Shown here in pieces: positions 1 to 64,000 of a stretch of 64,000 nt of DNA. Source of the stretch: Prorocentrum cordatum (taxonomy: Eukaryota); the NCBI GenBank assembly GCA_963575745.1, contig CAUYUJ010000125.1:1-64000 (forward strand), written 5' to 3'. The notes under the pieces were generated by a model, which ran no database searches, was not told the DNA's origin, and saw nothing but the letters and a program-made list of their open reading frames with translations. The translations under genes and the position numbers were made by a program. Each line of letters starts with the position of its first letter. The first letter of the stretch is position 1.

Positions 1-369
1 CCAAGACGCCCAAGATGGCCTCAAGACGGCCCAAGACGCCGCCAAGAACCCCCAAGAGAGCCTCAAGAGGCTCGCCTGGAGAGCCTCAACAAACCAAACT
101 TGTCCCATTCCCGTCAGACAGCGTACGTTTTGCCCATGTTCGACGTTTCGAGGTCTAGCGCGTCCAACACGGCCCAAGAGACCTTCAAGATCGCCCCAAG
201 ACGGCCCAGCAGACTCCCAACATGGACCCAACACGGCCCACGAAGGCCCATGGCTGTGTGCTTGACGCATCGTGCCTCTAGTGAAAGAAAGAAACATGAT
301 GGACCCACGAACCCGGAAAGGGATATAGACATGCGCAGCATGGTCACGTTTTCACGATACCCAACTGGG

Positions 370-538
370 CGACATCTCACAAAACATCCCACGAGACACC
401 CCGCGAAACATCCCACGAGACACCTCGCGAAACATTCCACGAGACACCTCGCGAAACGTTCCACGAGACACCCCTCGAAACATTCCACGAGACACCCCAC
501 GAAACATTCCACGAGACACCCCACGAAACATTCCACGG
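370..538 (+). repeat. 24-bp tandem repeat (CACGAGACACCCCACGAAACATTC), about 7 copies
   Basis: Directly visible. Confidence 0.9.
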
Positions 539-540
539 GG

Positions 541-1666
541 GTGCGACTGGGTGTGGTCGTGCTGGGGTGTGGTCGTGCTGGGGTGTGGTCGTGCTGGGGG
601 GGTGGTCGTGCTGGGGGGTGGTCGTGCTGGGGGGGTGGTCGTGCTGGGAGGTGGTCGTGCTGGGGCGTGGTCGTGCTGGGGCGTGGTCGTGCTGGGGCGT
701 GGTCGTGCTGGGGTGGGGTCGTGCTGGGGTGTGGTCGTGCTGGGGTGTGGTCGTGCTGGGGTGTGGTCTTGCTGGGGTAGGGTCGTGCTGGGGCGTGGTC
801 GTGCTGGGGCGCGGTCGTGCTGGGGCGTGGTCGTGCTGGGAGGTGGTCGTGCTGGGGAGTGGTCGTGCTGGGGCGTGGTCGTGCTGGGGCGTGATCGTGC
901 TGGGGAGTGGTCGTGCTGTGGTGAGGTCGTGCTGGAGTGTGGTCGTGCTGGGGTGTGGTCTTGCTGGGGTGGGGCCGTGCTGGGGTGGGGTCGTGCTGGG
1001 GTGGGGTCCTGCTGGGGTGTGGTCGTGCTGGGGTGTGGTCGTGCTGGGGTGGGGTCGTGCTGGGGTGGGGTCGTGCTGGGGTGTGGTCGTTCTGGGTTGT
1101 GATCGTGCTGGGGTGTGGTCGTGCTAGGGTGGGGTCGTGCTGGGGTGGGGTCGTGCTGGGGTGTGGTCGTGCTGGGGAGTGGTCGTGCTGGGGTGTGGTC
1201 GTGCTGGGGGGTGGTCGTGCTGGGGGGTGGTCGTGCTGGGGGGGTGGTCGTGCTGGGGGGTGGTCTTGCTGGGGCGTGGTCGTGCTGGGGCGTGGTCGTG
1301 CTGGGGCGTGGTCGTGCTGGGGTGTGGTCGTGCTGTGGTGAGGTCGTGCTGGGGTGTGGTCGTGCTGGGGTGTGGTCTTGCTGGGGTGGGGTCGTGCTGG
1401 GGTGGGGTCCTGCTGGGGTGTGGTCGTGCTGGGGTGTGGTCGTGCTGGGGTGGGGTCGTGCTTGGGTGGGGTCGTGCTGGGGTGTGGTCGTTCTGGGGTG
1501 TGATCGTGCTGGGGTGTGGTCGTGCTAGGGTGGGGTCGTGCTGGGGTGGGGTCGTGCTGGGGTGTGGTCGTGCTGGTGAGTGGTCGTGCTGGGGTGTGGT
1601 CGTGCTGGGGGGTGGTCGTGCTGGGGGGTGGTCGTGCTGGTGGGGTGGTCGTGCTGGGAGGTGGTC
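541..1666 (+). repeat. 16-bp minisatellite (GGTCGTGCTGGGGTGT)n
   Basis: Directly visible, about 70 units with variants. Confidence 0.97.
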
Positions 1667-2884
1667 CTCAGAATTCAGGTCCCCAGGAGAGGACAATCTA
1701 TAACACAAAACAAGCGTTTCGCTCGAGACATCCTCACCATTTTCTGAAAAACAAGCGTTTCGCTCGAGACATCCTCAAATTTTAATTCGCCGGCCTCCTT
1801 CGACCTCGTTATTTATCAGGGAAAAAATTCGCCGGCCTCCTTCAAGCAGGCACCGGGGGACATGTTTACATACTAAAAGAGAACCCTGGGCTCGAGCCCT
1901 TTCCGGGAAAAGGGCCCCAAGACGGCCCACAAAGCCCCCAGGACAGCCCAAGACAGCCCTAAGAGGGACCCCGTCGGGGGAACTCGAATTGAACTTCCTG
2001 GCTTGCCGACCCGCAAGATCGTCCCAAGACGCCCAAGATGGCCCCCAGATGGCCGAAGACGCCGCCGCCAAGAAGCCCCACGAGAGCCTCAAGAGGCCCT
2101 GTTAGAGAGCCTCGAACACCTAGAATCTCGAATCGGATTGAAATTTACTTTCCCAGGCGCCCCACTCCGAGCAGGAGCCGCCCGCTCCCCTTCGGTGCGG
2201 GAGGCGGAGAAGGCGGGAGGAGGATGAGTAGGGAGGAGGAGAGGAGGGGGGGAGAACGAGGAGGGAGGAGGACAAGGACGATGAATAACGATGGGGGAGG
2301 AGGAGCATGCGGAGGAGGAGGGATGAGGGAGGGAGGATGAAGGGAGGGAGGGGAGAGGGAGGGAGGGAGGGAGGAGGATGGAGGGAGGAGGGAGGAGGAG
2401 GAGGGATGGAGAGAGGAGGAGGAGGAGGAGGAGGAGGAGGAGGAGGATTGAAATCGTATCGGAATGGATCGAAGTGAAGCCTGCCATGGACACGCCCTGC
2501 AGGACCCGCCCACTCCCCTCCCCGCCCTCCTCCGCCTCCTCAGCCCTCCTCCTCCGCTCTCTTGGCGGCGCGCACAAGGGGTAGGGGGAGGGGGGAATGC
2601 TTCTTAAAAGGAGGCTGCTTTTAGAAGGCCCCGGCCCCAAGAGGGGCCGAAGAGCCCCAATATAGCCCCAGGCCGCCCAAATGGCTTCAAGACGGCCCAA
2701 CAGACCGCCAAAACGGCCCAAGAGGCTTCATCTCCTCCTGCTTCTCATCCTCTTCCTCCTCCTCCTGCTTCCCCCTCCTCCTCTTCCTCCTCATCCTCCT
2801 CATCCTCCTCATCCTCCTCATCCTCCTCCCTCCTCCTCCTCCTCCTCCTCCTCCTCCTCCTCCTCCTCACTCTCCGCCTCGTCC

Positions 2885-2915
<31 letters not shown>

Positions 2916-3282
2916 GCGGTCGCACTCACAAGCCGCCACCCTCCAAAACGGAAAGGCTCAAACTCGCGAGCAATACCTCCGATTTGCGACATGGCCCTGC
3001 AGCGACCATCCAGAATCATCAACCCCTCACCGACACAAGCAAATAAATCACCTACCAGACCCGTGATCACCCACGAATGCCCCAGGACAACCACGCCAGA
3101 ATCTGCCACGAACCCCCGAAACCAAATCCACAGTCACTGCGACCCCCTCAGGAATACACTCCCAAATCGACAGAGGTGCGACAATAAGGGCCAGCGGAAT
3201 GAGCGAAGCAATTGAGTAACATCGAGGTAAGACCTACAATGGTGGGAGGAGGAGGAGGAGGAGGAGGAGGAGGATGAGGAGC

Positions 3283-3316
<34 letters not shown>

Positions 3317-3355
3317 GGAGGAGGAGGAGGAGGAGGAGGAGGAGAAGGGGAGGAG

Positions 3356-3390
<35 letters not shown>

Positions 3391-3754
3391 GGAGGAGGAG
3401 GAGGAGTGGGGGGAGGATGATGATGAGGAGGGTGGGGGGAGTAGGAGGAGGAGGAGGAGGAGGAGGACGAGGAGGAGGAGGATGAGGAGGATGAGGTGCA
3501 GGAGGAGGAGGAGGAGCAGGAGGAGGGGGAACAGGAGGGTGAGGAATCGGATGACCATAATATACCAGCGCACGTCACAGATGCTTTGTGACACTCCGTT
3601 CCGCATGCCCTCACATGTACATGTAGGTATTAATTTCCGCTTTACTGAGTTGTCGGCGAATTCATTCAGCATGCTGAAGTAGGGAGCAATTCGGGTTCGG
3701 GATGGGCTCTGCTTTTCGGGCCGTTCCTCAGATTCATTGGCTTACGTCACACCG

Positions 3755-4960
3755 CCGACCCCTCGGGGGCGGCAGCAATCGTCCCCCGCGTGGCCTGTCT
3801 GGACAGCCTGTGAGGCCCCTCTCGACACGTTTTGGAGCCCTCTTAGGACCGTCCTGCCGTTCCCCTGGGCTGCTGCTATGGTGTCTGGGGCCTTTGTGGG
3901 GGGCCTGGAGGCCGTCGTGGAGTCTTTTGGAGAGTCTCTTGGTGTGCCAGAGGTCGATCTTGAAGGTTTACTGGGCCGTTGTGGGCCTCGTGGAAGCCCA
4001 AGAAGCGTATATGCTGAAAATGTGTTTTTTCTTAGGGAATGGGACGGCTTTTGCTTCTGGAGGCCTGCTTGGAGCGCCTCGTTGTCTGTCTAGAGGCAAT
4101 CTTGGGCGGTTTGGACCGAATCGTTCCCCGCGTGGGCCGTCCGGACAGCCTTTGGGAGCCTTCTTGGCCCGTTTTGGAGCCCTCTTGGGACCGTCCTGCG
4201 GCTTTCCTGGGCCGTTGCTATGGTTTCGGGAGCCTTCGTGGATCGCCTGGAAGCCGTCTTGGAGCCTTCTTGGGAGCCTCTTCGGGTGACTCTTCGGGTG
4301 ACAGAGGTCGATCTTGGAGGTTGATTGGGCCGTTGTGGGCCTCGTGAAAGCCCAAGAAGCGAATGTGCTGAAAATGTACGTTTTACCTGGGGAATGGGAC
4401 TTTTGGAGGCCTGATTGGAGCGCCTCGTGGTCGCGTTTTCAAACGTCTTGGACACCCGGGGGGCCGTCTGGCGGCGATCTTGGGCGGTTTGGACCGAATC
4501 GTCCCCTGCGTGGGCCGTCCGGACAGCCTTTGGGAGCCTTCTTAGCCCGTTTTGGAGCCATCTTGGGACCGTCCTGCGGCTTTCCTGGGCCGTTGCTATG
4601 GTTTCTGGCGCCTTCGTGGATCGCCCGGACGCTGTCTTTGAGCCTTTTTGGGAGCCTCTTTGGCTGGCGAGGGTCGATCTTGGAGGCTTCTTGGGCCGTT
4701 TTGCGCCGCGTGGAAGCCGAATGGGCGAATGTGGTGAATATGTACGTTTCCCATAGGAAATTGGGCGGTTTTTGCTTCTGGAGGGCCTCTTTGGGGCGCC
4801 TCGTAATATTGTTTCAAACGTCTTGGGGACTTATGGAGCCGTGTGGGGGCAATCTTCGGCGTTTTGGGGCAATCTTTCGTCGATTCGTAGCTCCCTTGGA
4901 CCGTTCCGGGAACCTTTGGAACCTCTTTGGCCCGTTTCGGGGCCTCCTGTGGCTCCAAGT
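3755..4960 (-). repeat. Dispersed CCAAGA/GGCCC-rich repeat family with internal ~340-380 bp triplication
   Basis: The block aatcgt.ccc.gcgtgg...ggacagcct recurs near 3777, 4119 and 4497. Related copies lie at 1-250, 1895-2125, 23180-24720 (+), 30880-31560 and 62440-62830 (-). Confidence 0.75.
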
Positions 4961-5315
4961 GTGCGGATGACGGATTTGCCCCCCCCCCCCCCCTCCCCCC
5001 CCCTCCAAACCCCCCAGGGGAGCGCTCCGGCAACCGGAGCTGGCCTGTCCTGTCCTGTCCTGTCCCCCCCGCCCTCCAAGCCGGCCGGACCAGGCCCCCG
5101 GGGGGGAGGGCTTTGGGGAGGGGGAGGCACCCCACACGCCGTTCGGACAGATAGAGAGCTACACTTTGGGCGAGTGGATTAGTTTCTCTCGCGGATCCCG
5201 AAATTTCAAAATCAATTTTGGGCTATCGTTCCAAAGTTTGTCGGTGGACGTGGTCGCGAGGCCTGCTCGTGGCCGCGGGCGGCCCGCCGTGGCCAGGGCA
5301 GCCCCCTCGATCCTG

Positions 5316-63890
<58,575 letters not shown>

Positions 63891-64000
63891 GTCGAGTATC
63901 CGGCTGCCTCCGGCAGTGCCGCCACCGCGCCAGCGCAGCATGTTGGGTGGCACGCCCCCGCCCTCCACCTTCCGCACCTTCCGCGCGGCAGGTGCCGCGC

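Overview
GC-rich, repeat-saturated eukaryotic DNA, inferred to be dinoflagellate (Prorocentrum-like) from its GC-AG/GA-AG introns and relict spliced leaders. Almost all ORFs in the supplied track are microsatellite or satellite artefacts. By hand I reconstructed one host gene spanning nearly the whole window on the + strand. It has 14 short exons (5316 to ~63890, 1278 coding nt, >=426 aa, continuing past the window end) and encodes a probable mitochondrial RNA-binding protein with 37-38 aa helical (HPR/OPR-like) repeats and a C-terminal RAP domain. Its 13 introns use GC (7), GA (4) and GT (2) donors. They contain a decayed LINE (EEP endonuclease, RT, RNase H, Cys motif), an older second LINE relic, IS630/Tc1-like transposase relics, a gag-like relic, a decayed retrocopy headed by three tandem relict dinoSL leaders, many MITE families (TA, 5-bp and 8-bp TSDs) and several satellites, three of which share a core motif. 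There is a 100-N gap at 53217-53316. All calls come from reading the sequence; no database search was run.
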